From: Actinomycetota bacterium
GTDB taxonomy: Bacteria; Actinomycetota; Actinomycetes; S36-B12; UBA10799
Assembly (NCBI GenBank): GCA_020637055.1
Contig: JACJWR010000002.1
Coordinates: forward strand, 143,802-207,801
Direction: 5' to 3'
DNA: 64,000 nt
Under the pieces are notes generated by a model. The model made no database searches. It worked only from the letters and a program-made list of their open reading frames with translations, and was not told the DNA's origin. The first letter of the stretch is position 1, and each line of letters begins with the position of its first letter. Below, piece by piece: positions 42,361-51,305 of the stretch. Made by a program: the position numbers and the translations under genes.

Positions 42361-43877
42361 ACGCTTCGCAGCAACAATCAGCCGACTCCCCGGTGCGGGT
42401 TCGCTTCTGCCCCTCACCCACCGGCAATCCGCACGTGGGCATGCTGCGCACGGCACTGTTCAACTGGGCCTACGCCCGCCACACCTCGGGCACCTTGGTG
42501 TTCCGGATCGAAGACACCGATGCCGAACGGGACAGCGAGGAGTCCTACCAGGCGTTGCTGGACGCCATGGGATGGCTGGGCCTGGATTGGGACGAAGGTC
42601 CAGAGGTCGGCGGTCCCCACGGACCGTACCGGCAGTCGGAACGCGGACCCATCTATGCCGATGTCGCGACCCGCCTCGCGGAGGCCGGATTCACCTACGA
42701 GTGCTTCTGCAGCCCGGAGGAACTGGCTGTTCGCCGGGAAGCCGCGAAGGTGGCGGGGCGACCGCAGGGCTACGACGGACACTGCCGGAATCTCAGCGAT
42801 GCCGAAATCGCCGACTACCGGGCAGCGGGTCGTGATCCGGTGATCCGCTTCCGGATGCCCGGCCACGATTTCCGGTGGGATGACCTGGTGCGCGGGGAAC
42901 TCTCGTTCCGCGCCGAGCACGTGCCGGACTTCGTGATCGTACGTGCGAACGGTCAGCCGTTGTACACCCTCGTGAACCCGGTGGACGACGCCCTCATGGG
43001 CATCACCCACGTACTGCGCGGAGAGGATCTGCTCTCGAGCACACCTCGGCAACTCGCCATGCACGCGGCGCTGGCGGACATCGGAGTCGGGTCGGGTCGG
43101 ACCCCCCGATTCGGGCATCTGCCGTACGTCATGGGGGAGGGGAACCGCAAACTCTCGAAGCGCGATCCGGAGTCGAGCCTGGCGATGTACCTCGAGCGTG
43201 GTTTCCTCCCCGAGGGGCTGGCCAACTACCTGGCGCTGCTCGGCTGGTCGTTCGGAGACGACACGGAGTTCTTCAGCCTCGCCCAGATGGCCGAACGGTT
43301 CGACATCGCACGGGTGAACCCGAACCCCGCACGATTCGACCTCAAGAAGTGCATCTCGATCAACGGCGACTGGATGCGCGTGCTGGAGGTGGACGACTTC
43401 GCCACCCGGATGCTTCCCTTCCTGCAGCGAGCCGGGCTGATCGGCGACGTGCCGACGGACCGGCAGGCCGCGCTGGTGGCAGCCATCGCGCCGCTGGTCC
43501 AGGAGCGCATCGAGACCTTGGACCAAGCTCCGGCCATGATCGGCTTCCTGTTCCAGGAAGGTGCCGCCTTCACCATGGCGGAGGCTGACGCCGTGGCCAT
43601 GGTGGACGGGTCCGGGTCCGCTCTGGCGGTCGCTGCGGAGTCGCTTCAGGCGCTGTCGGAATGGAACACGCCGGCGATCGAGGCCGCGCTGAGAACATCC
43701 CTGGTGGAGGGTCTGGGCCTCAAGCCGCGGAAGGCTTTCGGGTCGGTCAGGGTGGCCGTCACCGGGCGCCGGGTATCGCCGCCGCTGTTCGAGTCGATGG
43801 AGTTGCTCGGCCGGGACGAGTCCCTGCGGCGGATCGAGGCCGCGCGGGTGCGGGCCGAGGCAGCAGCCGACGGCTAA
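42357..43877 (+). CDS. gltX: Glutamate--tRNA ligase
   Basis: [20 protein letters not shown] (HIGH region) and KLSKR (KMSKS). The GTG overlaps the cimA TGA (GTGA). Confidence 0.95.
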   Translation: MNASQQQSADSPVRVRFCPSPTGNPHVGMLRTALFNWAYARHTSGTLVFRIEDTDAERDSEESYQALLDAMGWLGLDWDEGPEVGGPHGPYRQSERGPIYADVATRLAEAGFTYECFCSPEELAVRREAAKVAGRPQGYDGHCRNLSDAEIADYRAAGRDPVIRFRMPGHDFRWDDLVRGELSFRAEHVPDFVIVRANGQPLYTLVNPVDDALMGITHVLRGEDLLSSTPRQLAMHAALADIGVGSGRTPRFGHLPYVMGEGNRKLSKRDPESSLAMYLERGFLPEGLANYLALLGWSFGDDTEFFSLAQMAERFDIARVNPNPARFDLKKCISINGDWMRVLEVDDFATRMLPFLQRAGLIGDVPTDRQAALVAAIAPLVQERIETLDQAPAMIGFLFQEGAAFTMAEADAVAMVDGSGSALAVAAESLQALSEWNTPAIEAALRTSLVEGLGLKPRKAFGSVRVAVTGRRVSPPLFESMELLGRDESLRRIEAARVRAEAAADG

Positions 43878-43893
43878 GGTCCCCACCAACGAG

Positions 43894-43930
43894 AAGTGGT
43901 GGGACCCTCCAGGTGGGTCCCACCACTTTT
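43894..43930. terminator. Intrinsic terminator after gltX, possibly bidirectional
   Basis: A perfect 12-bp inverted repeat AAGTGGTGGGAC / GTCCCACCACTT with an 11-nt loop, followed by TTTT on the + strand. On the minus strand the same hairpin follows tRNA-Glu, but with a poorer U-tract. Confidence 0.6.
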
Positions 43931-43939
43931 CGTCTTCAG

Positions 43940-44012
43940 TAGCCCCGACGGGATTCGAACCCGCGCTACCGCCTTGAGAGGGCGGCGTGCTAGGCCACTA
44001 CACAACGGGGCC
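43940..44012 (-). tRNA. tRNA-Glu (anticodon CUC)
   Basis: Folded by hand as a 73-nt cloverleaf: acceptor GGCCCCG/CGGGGCU, D-arm GUGU…GCAC with GG in the loop, anticodon arm CCGCC-CUCUCAA-GGCGG, and T-arm GCGGG-UUCGAAU-CCCGU. No CCA is encoded. Confidence 0.9.
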
Positions 44013-44052
44013 GCAGGCGATCAGCGTAACGGCTTGCGCCGCCGCTCAATCG

Positions 44053-44124
44053 CTGGGGTACCAGGACTCGAACCTGAACTAACGGAGCCAGAATCCGTCG
44101 GGCTGCCAATTACCCCATACCCCA
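44053..44124 (-). tRNA. tRNA-Gln (anticodon CUG)
   Basis: Folded by hand as a 72-nt cloverleaf: acceptor UGGGGUA/UACCCCA, anticodon arm ACGGA-UUCUGGC-UCCGU, and T-arm UCAGG-UUCGAGU-CCUGG. No CCA is encoded. Confidence 0.9.
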
Positions 44125-44179
44125 TGGGGTCACCGAACTCGGCGACGTGAAGCAGTATAGAGGTTGCTGCGGGGTCGGA

Positions 44180-45910
44180 TCACTCCGGTCTGGGCGCCGG
44201 CAGCGGCGCCGGCCGACCGAACAGGTATCCCTGGCCCAGGGTCCAACCCTGGGCGGTGAGCGCGTCGGACTGTTCCGGGGTCTCGATTCCTTCGGCGATC
44301 CCCTCCAGCCCGAGCCCCGTCATCAGGGTTGCCACGCCATCGGCCAGGGCATGGGCGAAACCGCCTTCGACTTCATCTGCGAGGTCACCGACGAACCTGC
44401 GATCCAGTTTCAGACCGGTCACTGGAAGGTCGCGCAACAGCGCGATCGAGGAGTACCCGGTGCCGAAGTCGTCGAGATAGACGCCCACACCCAAGGCTCG
44501 TAGGCGCTCCAGGTCCGCGCGGACGCTGTCCAGCGCGCCCAACACGGCGGTCTCGGTCACTTCGACAGAGATCCGGTCCGGCGAGACTCCGTAGCCGCCA
44601 AGGGTCGCCTGAAACTCCTCACACCAACGCGGAGAGGTGAGTTCGACCGCGGAAACGTTGACACTGACCGTGCCGTCCAGGCGCCCGGCTGCCACGTCCG
44701 AACACACCCGATCGAGGACCAGCCGGCCGATGCCAAGCACCAGTCCACTCTCCTCCGCGACCGGTAGGAACTCGGCCGGACCGAGCAGACCCCGGATCGG
44801 ATGCAGCCACCGGACCAGCGCCTCATGGCCGACGATACTGCGGTCGGCGAGTCGCACGATCGGCTGGTAGTAGACCAGGAAATCCCCGGTTCCGAGCGAG
44901 GTCCGCAGATCGGCTTCGACCGTCAGCCGTCGAACCGAGTCGGAGAGCATCTCGGTGTCGAATGGCTGCCACGAACCTTTGCTGGTGGCCTTCGCGCGGG
45001 ACAGAGCCGAATCGGCCTCTCGCAGCAGCGACGAGGGGTCCGACTCGGGGTTGGACAGGGCTACGCCGATGGTGGCCGACGGAAGCATCGCATGACCCGA
45101 GACGTAGGTTTCCTGGGACACTGCGGCTTGGATCAGATTGACCCGCCCAGCCACGTCGTCACTGGCCCCGATCCGTCCGAGCACGATGAACTCGTCGCTG
45201 GCCAACCGTGCGCAGGCCAGATCGTCGGGCAACTGGTCGGCGAGACGGGCGCCCACCGTTGCGAGGAGTTCATCTCCGGTGACGTGCCCGAGCGAGTCGT
45301 TGACGAGTTTGAAGTTGTCGAGGCCGAGCAGGAAAACCGCCACCCGCTGGCTGCCAGCGTGGGCAATTCGCAGTTGACGGTCGAGTTCGTTGCGGGCCCA
45401 GGCCACATTGGGCAAGCCGGTGGTCGGGTCGTGGAAGGCCAGGTACTCCAGTCTCTCGCGTTCCGAGACCCGGTCGGTGACATCGCGAAAGGTCAGCACC
45501 AGCCGATCCACAGCACGGGTGCCGTGCAGGTCGTAGAGGCGCAACTGGCCCCCGACGACCTCGTCGGCGTAGGGAACCTCGATTGCGCGAAGTGGTTCAC
45601 CACTGTCGAAGGCCTGCGCGTAGGCCTGGAGCAGGCCGGACTCGGCCTGGCCGGGCACGGTGGTGAGCAGCGCCGTGCCGAGATACTGGTCCCGGTCTTG
45701 GCCCACGAAGCGGAAGAAGGCCTCGTTGCCGTCCACGACGATGAAGTCCGATATTTCGCCGAGGTCGTTGCGCACCGGCTCCATCATGACCATCGGATCG
45801 AGCATCGTGTCCATTGCCGCCCGCAGCAGCGTGGTGACACCTTCGGGTCCGAGGTCGGAGCCAGGCGCGTGGGCCGCGAGGCCACCGAGATTCCCCGTGT
45901 CCGGTGTCAC
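44180..45910 (-). CDS. PAS-GGDEF-EAL signalling protein (degenerate GGDEF, apparently intact EAL c-di-GMP phosphodiesterase)
   Basis: The N-terminus is PAS-like. The GGDEF site reads A-S-D-E-F (ARLASDEFIVL) with no RxxD I-site. The EAL domain keeps EALVRW, VNVS, EVTE, DDFGTGYSS, KLDR, EGIE and GQGYL. Confidence 0.85.
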   Translation of the reverse strand: MTPDTGNLGGLAAHAPGSDLGPEGVTTLLRAAMDTMLDPMVMMEPVRNDLGEISDFIVVDGNEAFFRFVGQDRDQYLGTALLTTVPGQAESGLLQAYAQAFDSGEPLRAIEVPYADEVVGGQLRLYDLHGTRAVDRLVLTFRDVTDRVSERERLEYLAFHDPTTGLPNVAWARNELDRQLRIAHAGSQRVAVFLLGLDNFKLVNDSLGHVTGDELLATVGARLADQLPDDLACARLASDEFIVLGRIGASDDVAGRVNLIQAAVSQETYVSGHAMLPSATIGVALSNPESDPSSLLREADSALSRAKATSKGSWQPFDTEMLSDSVRRLTVEADLRTSLGTGDFLVYYQPIVRLADRSIVGHEALVRWLHPIRGLLGPAEFLPVAEESGLVLGIGRLVLDRVCSDVAAGRLDGTVSVNVSAVELTSPRWCEEFQATLGGYGVSPDRISVEVTETAVLGALDSVRADLERLRALGVGVYLDDFGTGYSSIALLRDLPVTGLKLDRRFVGDLADEVEGGFAHALADGVATLMTGLGLEGIAEGIETPEQSDALTAQGWTLGQGYLFGRPAPLPAPRPE

Positions 45911-45995
45911 CGGATCAGAATGGCACAGCTAGGGCTGACTGGCGATCCTGAGTCGCCGCAGGGGTCCGGTCCGATTGCGGCAGCAAGTCCTCCGG

Positions 45996-46745
45996 CTAGC
46001 GGGAGGCGATGACGGCGCTGAGGTGTTCGGCTGCTGTGAGCACCGCCTCGGCCAGTGGCGCTTTCACCGTGCGGCCGATGCGCTCCACCGGACCCGAGAC
46101 CGAGACCGCGGCCACCACCTCCGGGCTCTCGCCGCGAACCGGCGCCGAGAGGCTGGCAAGGCCGGATTCGCGTTCACCCACGGTGTGGGCCCACCCACGC
46201 TTGCGGACCCGGGCCAGGTCGGTCGGGGTGAATCGCGCCCCCTCGCATGACTCGAGGATCTGCTCCGGGGTGCCCCAGGCCACCATCACCTGGGCGGCCG
46301 ACCCGGCCGACATGGGCAGCAGCGTGCCAGCCGGCACCGAGTCGCGCAGGCCGGACGTCGGCTCGACCGAGGCAACACACAACCGGTTCCCACCGCGGCG
46401 GCGGTACAGTTGCGCGCTCGCCGAGGTGGCATCGCGCAGTCGGGTCAGGATCGGGGTGGCGACGCCGACGAGCCAGTCGTCGCCGTCGCTGGCCGCCAGT
46501 TCGGCTAGCCGCGGGCCGAGGCAGAAGCGGCCGTTGTCGTCGCGTTCGAGGTATCGCCGCTGTTCGAGCGCGGTGGCCAGCCGATGTGCCGTGGGTCGCG
46601 GAATTCCGGTGGTCGCGCTGAGTTGGTTCAGCGAACACGGTTCGACCTCGATCGCGGTGAGGATGAGGTCGATCTTGTCCAGCACGCCGACTCCTGTAGA
46701 CTGTTCCACAAGATGATACTGGCGTCTCAAATAGTGAAACGTCAA
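45996..46745 (-). CDS. IclR-family transcriptional regulator, divergent from leuCD (LtbR/Rv2989-like position)
   Basis: N-terminal wHTH (GVGVLDKIDLILTAIE…CSLNQLSATTGIPRPTAHRLATALE) and a C-terminal IclR effector domain. The divergent arrangement with leuC matches Corynebacterium ltbR and M. tuberculosis Rv2989. The start could be 46745, 46710 or 46686. Confidence 0.85.
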   Translation of the reverse strand: MTFHYLRRQYHLVEQSTGVGVLDKIDLILTAIEVEPCSLNQLSATTGIPRPTAHRLATALEQRRYLERDDNGRFCLGPRLAELAASDGDDWLVGVATPILTRLRDATSASAQLYRRRGGNRLCVASVEPTSGLRDSVPAGTLLPMSAGSAAQVMVAWGTPEQILESCEGARFTPTDLARVRKRGWAHTVGERESGLASLSAPVRGESPEVVAAVSVSGPVERIGRTVKAPLAEAVLTAAEHLSAVIASR

Positions 46746-46818
46746 GTCATGTCATCACACGGAGACTCCACCTGGGTTGGCACCCGGGTGAGGGTCGACT
46801 AGTGAATGGAGTGCTGGG

Positions 46819-48246
46819 ATGGGTCTGACGCTGGCTGAGAAGGTGTGGCGCGATCATGTGGTGCGGTCTGAGGAAGGCGTTCCCGATCTGCTGTACATCG
46901 ATCTGCACCTGATCCACGAGGTCACCAGCCCGCAGGCCTTTGAGGGTCTGCGGGTGGCGGGGCGTAGTGTCCGGCGACCGGATCTGACCCTCGCCACAGA
47001 GGATCACAACGTGCCCACGCTGGACGTGGACAAGCCGATCGCCGACCCGATCTCTCGCACCCAGGTGGAGACGCTACGTGCCAATTGCGCGGAATTCGGC
47101 GTCCCGATCTATCCGTTGGGCCACGCCGAACAAGGCATCGTGCACGTGGTCGGGCCGCAGTTGGGCCTCACCCAACCGGGTATGACGATCGTCTGCGGGG
47201 ACTCCCACACCTCGACCCATGGGGCGTTCGGTGCCCTCGCCTTCGGTATCGGGACCTCCGAGGTGGAGCACGTCTTGGCCACCCAGACGCTGCCGCTGAA
47301 GCCGTTCAAGACCATGGCGATCAATGTCGAGGGTGAGCTTCCGGAAGGGGTGACCGCCAAGGACGTGATTCTCGCGATCATCGCGAAGATCGGTACCGGC
47401 GGCGGTCAGGGCTACGTGCTCGAATACCGCGGCGAGGCGATCCGGAATCTGTCCATGGAAGGGCGGATGACCATCTGCAACATGAGTATCGAGGCGGGCG
47501 CTCGGGCCGGGATGATCGCTCCGGACGACACCACGTTCGACTACCTCAAAGGGCGCCCGCGGGCGCCGGAGGGAGCGGAATGGGACGCCGCGGTGGAGTA
47601 CTGGCGTTCCTTGGCCACCGACGACGACGCCGAATTCGACGCGGAAGTCACCCTGCGCGCCGACGAATTGACCCCATTCGTCACCTGGGGCACCAACCCC
47701 GGTCAAGGCCTGCCACTTGCTGCCAACGTGCCGGTGCCGGGGGAGATCGAGGACCAGACCGAGCGGGAATCCGCCGAGAAAGCGCTGGCCTACATGGGGC
47801 TGGAGCCTGGCATGCCACTGCGGGACATCGCGATCGACACCGTCTTCCTCGGTTCCTGCACCAACGGTCGGATGGAGGACCTCCGGGCGGCCGCCGATGT
47901 CATCCGCGGCCGTCGGGTGGCGGACGGTGTGAGAATGATCGTCGTGCCCGGTTCGGCCCGAGTGCGACTGTCGGCGGAGGCCGAGGGCCTCGACCGGGTG
48001 TTTCTGGCCGCGGGTGCCGAGTGGCGCGGCGCAGGCTGCAGCATGTGCCTGGCGATGAACCCTGACAAGTTGGCGCCGCAGGAGCGCAGCGCATCGACCT
48101 CCAACCGGAACTTCGAGGGGCGACAGGGTCCGGGAGGAAGAACCCATCTGGTGTCGCCGCAGGTGGCGGCCGCGACGGCCGTTCGAGGCACCCTGTCGGC
48201 GCCGGCCGACCTTGACCCGTTGACACCGCTGGCCGAGTCAGCCTGA
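46819..48246 (+). CDS. leuC: 3-isopropylmalate dehydratase large subunit
   Basis: [10 protein letters not shown]… N-terminus and aconitase-family Fe-S ligand regions (…[14 protein letters not shown]…, …GSCTNGR…, …[11 protein letters not shown]…). Confidence 0.96.
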   Translation: MGLTLAEKVWRDHVVRSEEGVPDLLYIDLHLIHEVTSPQAFEGLRVAGRSVRRPDLTLATEDHNVPTLDVDKPIADPISRTQVETLRANCAEFGVPIYPLGHAEQGIVHVVGPQLGLTQPGMTIVCGDSHTSTHGAFGALAFGIGTSEVEHVLATQTLPLKPFKTMAINVEGELPEGVTAKDVILAIIAKIGTGGGQGYVLEYRGEAIRNLSMEGRMTICNMSIEAGARAGMIAPDDTTFDYLKGRPRAPEGAEWDAAVEYWRSLATDDDAEFDAEVTLRADELTPFVTWGTNPGQGLPLAANVPVPGEIEDQTERESAEKALAYMGLEPGMPLRDIAIDTVFLGSCTNGRMEDLRAAADVIRGRRVADGVRMIVVPGSARVRLSAEAEGLDRVFLAAGAEWRGAGCSMCLAMNPDKLAPQERSASTSNRNFEGRQGPGGRTHLVSPQVAAATAVRGTLSAPADLDPLTPLAESA

Positions 48247-48266
48247 GCGAGAACAGGACACGCATC

Positions 48267-48857
48267 ATGGAACCGTTCACCAGTCACACCGGAGTTGCCG
48301 CGCCGCTGCGTGCGAGCAACGTCGACACCGACCAGATCATCCCGGCGGAGTTCCTCAAGCGCATCACCCGGACCGGCTTCGAAGACGCCCTGTTCCACGC
48401 CTGGCGGACGGATCCGGACTTCGTGTTGAACCATCCGGAATACGGCAGGGCGACGGTACTCGTCGCGGGTCCCGACTTCGGTACCGGCTCCTCGCGGGAG
48501 CACGCGGTCTGGGCGCTGCAGTCGTATGGCTTCCGGGCCGTGCTTTCGGCTCGGTTCGCCGACATCTTCCGCGGCAATTGCGGGAAGGCGGGTGTGGTGG
48601 CGGCAGTCGTCTCACCCGAGGTCGTCTCGCGGATCTGGGAGTATCTGGAGGAATCCCCGGGGGCGGAGGTGACCATCGATCTCGAGCGATGCGAGGTGCG
48701 TTTCGGGGATGCCGCCGAGCCGTTCGAAATCGATCAGCACGTTCGCTGGCGGTTGCTCAACGGATTCGACGACATCTCGATATCCCTGGAGCACGCCGAC
48801 GAGATCGGCGAGTACGAAGCGCACCGGCGCCCCTGGCTCCCGGTCACCGTGGGGTAG
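48267..48857 (+). CDS. leuD: 3-isopropylmalate dehydratase small subunit
   Basis: [33 protein letters not shown]… and [17 protein letters not shown] are typical LeuD sequence. Confidence 0.95.
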   Translation: MEPFTSHTGVAAPLRASNVDTDQIIPAEFLKRITRTGFEDALFHAWRTDPDFVLNHPEYGRATVLVAGPDFGTGSSREHAVWALQSYGFRAVLSARFADIFRGNCGKAGVVAAVVSPEVVSRIWEYLEESPGAEVTIDLERCEVRFGDAAEPFEIDQHVRWRLLNGFDDISISLEHADEIGEYEAHRRPWLPVTVG

Positions 48858-48862
48858 TCGCC

Positions 48863-49162
48863 ATGGCGGAGTCGGGCGCGGAGTCGAACGACGCCGAGTT
48901 GCACGAGGCCGAGGAACCCGAGGAGGGACACCATCGGCTTCCACATCCAGAGGTCGACCTGGTGAAGCTTGCGGCGTTGTTGCGTCGCGCCATCCCGATC
49001 GCGCCGGATGACGAAGCCCGAGAACGACTCGAGTCCGCCTGGGTCTCGGTGACCAACGCGGTCAAGCAACCCAAAGCCGATGCTGCCCGGCTTCGACGCA
49101 GGCTCCGGCGCTTGCGCGAGGAGCTGGAACACATGCTTCGGCAGCACACCGGGGGTTCCTGA
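48863..49162 (+). CDS. Hypothetical small protein (acidic N-terminus, Arg-rich helical C-terminus)
   Basis: The ATG is 6 nt after the leuD stop. 99 codons with coding-like third-position G/C bias. I recognise no family. Confidence 0.4.
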   Translation: MAESGAESNDAELHEAEEPEEGHHRLPHPEVDLVKLAALLRRAIPIAPDDEARERLESAWVSVTNAVKQPKADAARLRRRLRRLREELEHMLRQHTGGS

Positions 49163-49264
49163 GGCGCGTCAAGCAGGCAAAACAGCAATTCGATCAATAG
49201 GTTTGTGCCCGGTAGGTCGGACAGGTGCACCGGCGTCGCCAGGCACCCCTGATGAGGAGCGCAG

Positions 49265-49849
49265 ATGAACAAGTCGCAATTGATCGAGCAGGTGGCCGAA
49301 CGGCTCGAGATGAGCCGCAAAGAGGCTGCCGAGGTTGTCGAAGCAGTGATCCAGGCCATCACCGAGAGCGTGGCCAAGGGGGAGCGCGTGGCGATCTCGG
49401 GTTTCGGCATTTTCGAGCAGGTCTTCCGAGCCGCACGCACGGGACGCAATCCGCGGACCGGTGAGACCGTGAAGATCGGCGCGGTCACGATTCCCAAGTT
49501 CCGGCCCGGCACGGACTTCAAGAACATCGTCGCCGGCGCGCGGGACATGACCCAGCGAGTCACCGGCGGCTCCGGCGGCGCTGAGGCAGCTGAGCCGAAG
49601 GTGGCCGAGAAGGCCACTGCGGCGAAGAAGACCGCGACGAAGAAGGCGACCGCGGCGAAGAAGACGGCCACGAAGAAGGCGACCGCGGCGAAGAAGACCG
49701 CGACGAAGAAGGCCACTGCGGCGAAGAAGACCGCGACGAAGAAGGCCACTGCGGCGAAGAAGACCGCGACGAAGAAGGCCACTGCGGCGAAGAAGACGGC
49801 CACGAAGAAGGCGACCGCGGCCAAAGAGGCTGCTAACCCGGGTAGTTGA
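49265..49849 (+). CDS. hupB: Nucleoid-associated HU protein with Lys/Ala/Thr-rich repeat tail (HupB/Hlp type)
   Basis: The N-terminal 90 aa are a canonical HU fold (MNKSQLIEQVAERL…GFGIFEQVFRAARTGRNPRTGETVKIGAVTIPKFRPG). The C-terminus is 6 x AAKKTATKKAT. The synteny leuC-leuD-hupB matches mycobacteria. Confidence 0.93.
   Translation: MNKSQLIEQVAERLEMSRKEAAEVVEAVIQAITESVAKGERVAISGFGIFEQVFRAARTGRNPRTGETVKIGAVTIPKFRPGTDFKNIVAGARDMTQRVTGGSGGAEAAEPKVAEKATAAKKTATKKATAAKKTATKKATAAKKTATKKATAAKKTATKKATAAKKTATKKATAAKKTATKKATAAKEAANPGS
49619..49816 (+). repeat. Six tandem 33-bp coding repeats (AAKKTATKKAT) in the hupB tail
   Basis: Read directly from the sequence. The six units are identical at the protein level. 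At the DNA level there are three variants differing only at synonymous sites: units 3, 4 and 5 are identical (ACC GCG … GCC ACT), units 2 and 6 are identical (ACG GCC … GCG ACC), and unit 1 is a mix (ACC GCG … GCG ACC). Confidence 0.9.
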
Positions 49850-50447
49850 GCGCCGCGGTGGTGTGTGAGCCGACACCGTAGGCGACCGCGATCGCGATGT
49901 CGGACGGATCGTCGATGTCGAAGCGGAGTCGGATCGATACTTCGAGGGGCTGCGCACCCGACGACCGATGGCGAGCCGCGGACTCGGTGCCGAAAGACGG
50001 GGCCAGCCCGGGTCCGGTCGTGGTCAGCACAGTGGTTCCCCGGCCCCGATGGTCGGCAACATAGGCGCGGGCCGCGGCTCTCGCCAGGGTCAGCACCTCG
50101 TCGATGTCCTCGGGTCGCACGCAGGCGATATCGGCCACGATGGCGGCGATTCGGTCGTAGCCGGCGGCCCTCGCCTGGCTTTCGGCCGCGGCGATCGCGG
50201 TGTTGAGTTCGGCGACCCCGGTATCCACCGCGATCGCCTCACCACGGTCGGCATCGGCGAGCAGCGAGCCATCGCCCACCACGATCACTTGGCCGACGGT
50301 GGCGGCCGCCGAAGCCGCCGCCACAACATCCTGGGCGAAGGCGCGAGCCAACGCGGTGCGGGCAGGGCCAAGCGAGCGAAGCCGGGTCTTCGCCACCGCG
50401 GCGGCATTTACCGGGATGATGATGCACCAGTCGGAGCGCGGGATCAT
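49833..50447 (-). CDS. fbiD: Probable 2-phospho-L-lactate / phosphoenolpyruvate guanylyltransferase (F420 biosynthesis, CofC/FbiD)
   Basis: N-terminus …CIIIPVNAAAVAKTRLRSL…LARAFAQDVVAA… resembles the CofC pattern (PxK…AKxRL…D). Its position beside gpsA, plsC and hupB matches M. tuberculosis Rv2983. The 3' end overlaps the convergent hupB by 17 nt. Confidence 0.6.
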   Translation of the reverse strand: MIPRSDWCIIIPVNAAAVAKTRLRSLGPARTALARAFAQDVVAAASAAATVGQVIVVGDGSLLADADRGEAIAVDTGVAELNTAIAAAESQARAAGYDRIAAIVADIACVRPEDIDEVLTLARAAARAYVADHRGRGTTVLTTTGPGLAPSFGTESAARHRSSGAQPLEVSIRLRFDIDDPSDIAIAVAYGVGSHTTAALNYPG

Positions 50448-50546
50448 GTGTACGAGTGTTGCAGGCGCGGCGGTCCTCGTCAGCAGGACACCCTCCCGGT
50501 CGCCACGGCAGGATTATGCGAACCCATCACAGGAGGTCGCGGCGGA

Positions 50547-51305
50547 GTGGAGCGTCATGGCAGAAGGCGGCTGTCGCCGACCTACTGGTTCGCGGTGGCA
50601 ACGCTGTGGCCGACCTTGACCGTGGCGACCAAGCGGGATTGGCAGGGAACCGAATACCTCCGGCGAACGTACCCCCCGACCGACGGAATCGTGGTCGCCG
50701 CGAACCACCTGTCGTGGTTCGATCCGCTGCCGATGTGCCACGCACTCTGGAACAACGGCCGTCCGCCCAGGATCCTGGTGAAGAACACGCTGTTCCGGGT
50801 CCCGTTCGTCGGTTCGGTGATCTCCGGGGCTGGTCAGATCCCGGTGGCGCGCGATACCGACGACGCAGCCAAGTCGGTGGCGGAGGCGGTCGCCGCAATC
50901 GCCGACGGAGAGGCCGTGGTGGTGTATCCGGAAGGCACGATCACCCGCGATGAGCAACTCTGGCCGATGTCCGGTCGAAGCGGTGCCGCGCGCATTGCCT
51001 TGGAGTCAGGCGCTCCGGTGATACCGCTGGCCCAATGGGGACCGCAGCAGGTGATGCGTCCGTATCGGAAGGAGTTCCGCATCTTCCCGCGGAAGACGAT
51101 GCACATCAGGATCGGCCCTCCAGTCGACTTGGACGATCTGCGAGGCGGCCCCATCACTGCGGAGAAGTTGGCGGAGGCCACCAGTCGGATCTTGGACGAC
51201 ATCACCGACTTGCTGGCCGCGCTCCGGGCGGAAGCACCGCCGGAGGAACGACTCGATTTCAAGGCCTGGAAAGACTCGACGTCCGATGAGAGGGAGCAGG
51301 GTTGA
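50547..51305 (+). CDS. plsC: 1-acyl-sn-glycerol-3-phosphate acyltransferase
   Basis: Acyltransferase motif I NHLSWFDP (HxxxxD) and motif III YPEGTITR. GTG 50547 lies 10 nt downstream of AGGAGG. The upstream part of ORF 49968..51305 is antisense to fbiD. Confidence 0.85.
   Translation: MERHGRRRLSPTYWFAVATLWPTLTVATKRDWQGTEYLRRTYPPTDGIVVAANHLSWFDPLPMCHALWNNGRPPRILVKNTLFRVPFVGSVISGAGQIPVARDTDDAAKSVAEAVAAIADGEAVVVYPEGTITRDEQLWPMSGRSGAARIALESGAPVIPLAQWGPQQVMRPYRKEFRIFPRKTMHIRIGPPVDLDDLRGGPITAEKLAEATSRILDDITDLLAALRAEAPPEERLDFKAWKDSTSDEREQG

Noticed and set aside
43940-44124. tRNA genes as an integration site for a mobile element
   Set aside because: There is no integrase, no duplicated tRNA 3' fragment and no compositional island next to the tRNAs. 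The neighbouring genes are ordinary chromosomal genes.
49619-49816. Regular 33-bp repeats (and the 15-bp repeats at 54582-54740) as a possible CRISPR array
   Set aside because: The repeats are directly abutting with no spacers. They are in-frame within hupB and the WS/DGAT gene and encode Lys/Ala/Thr repeats. No cas genes are present.
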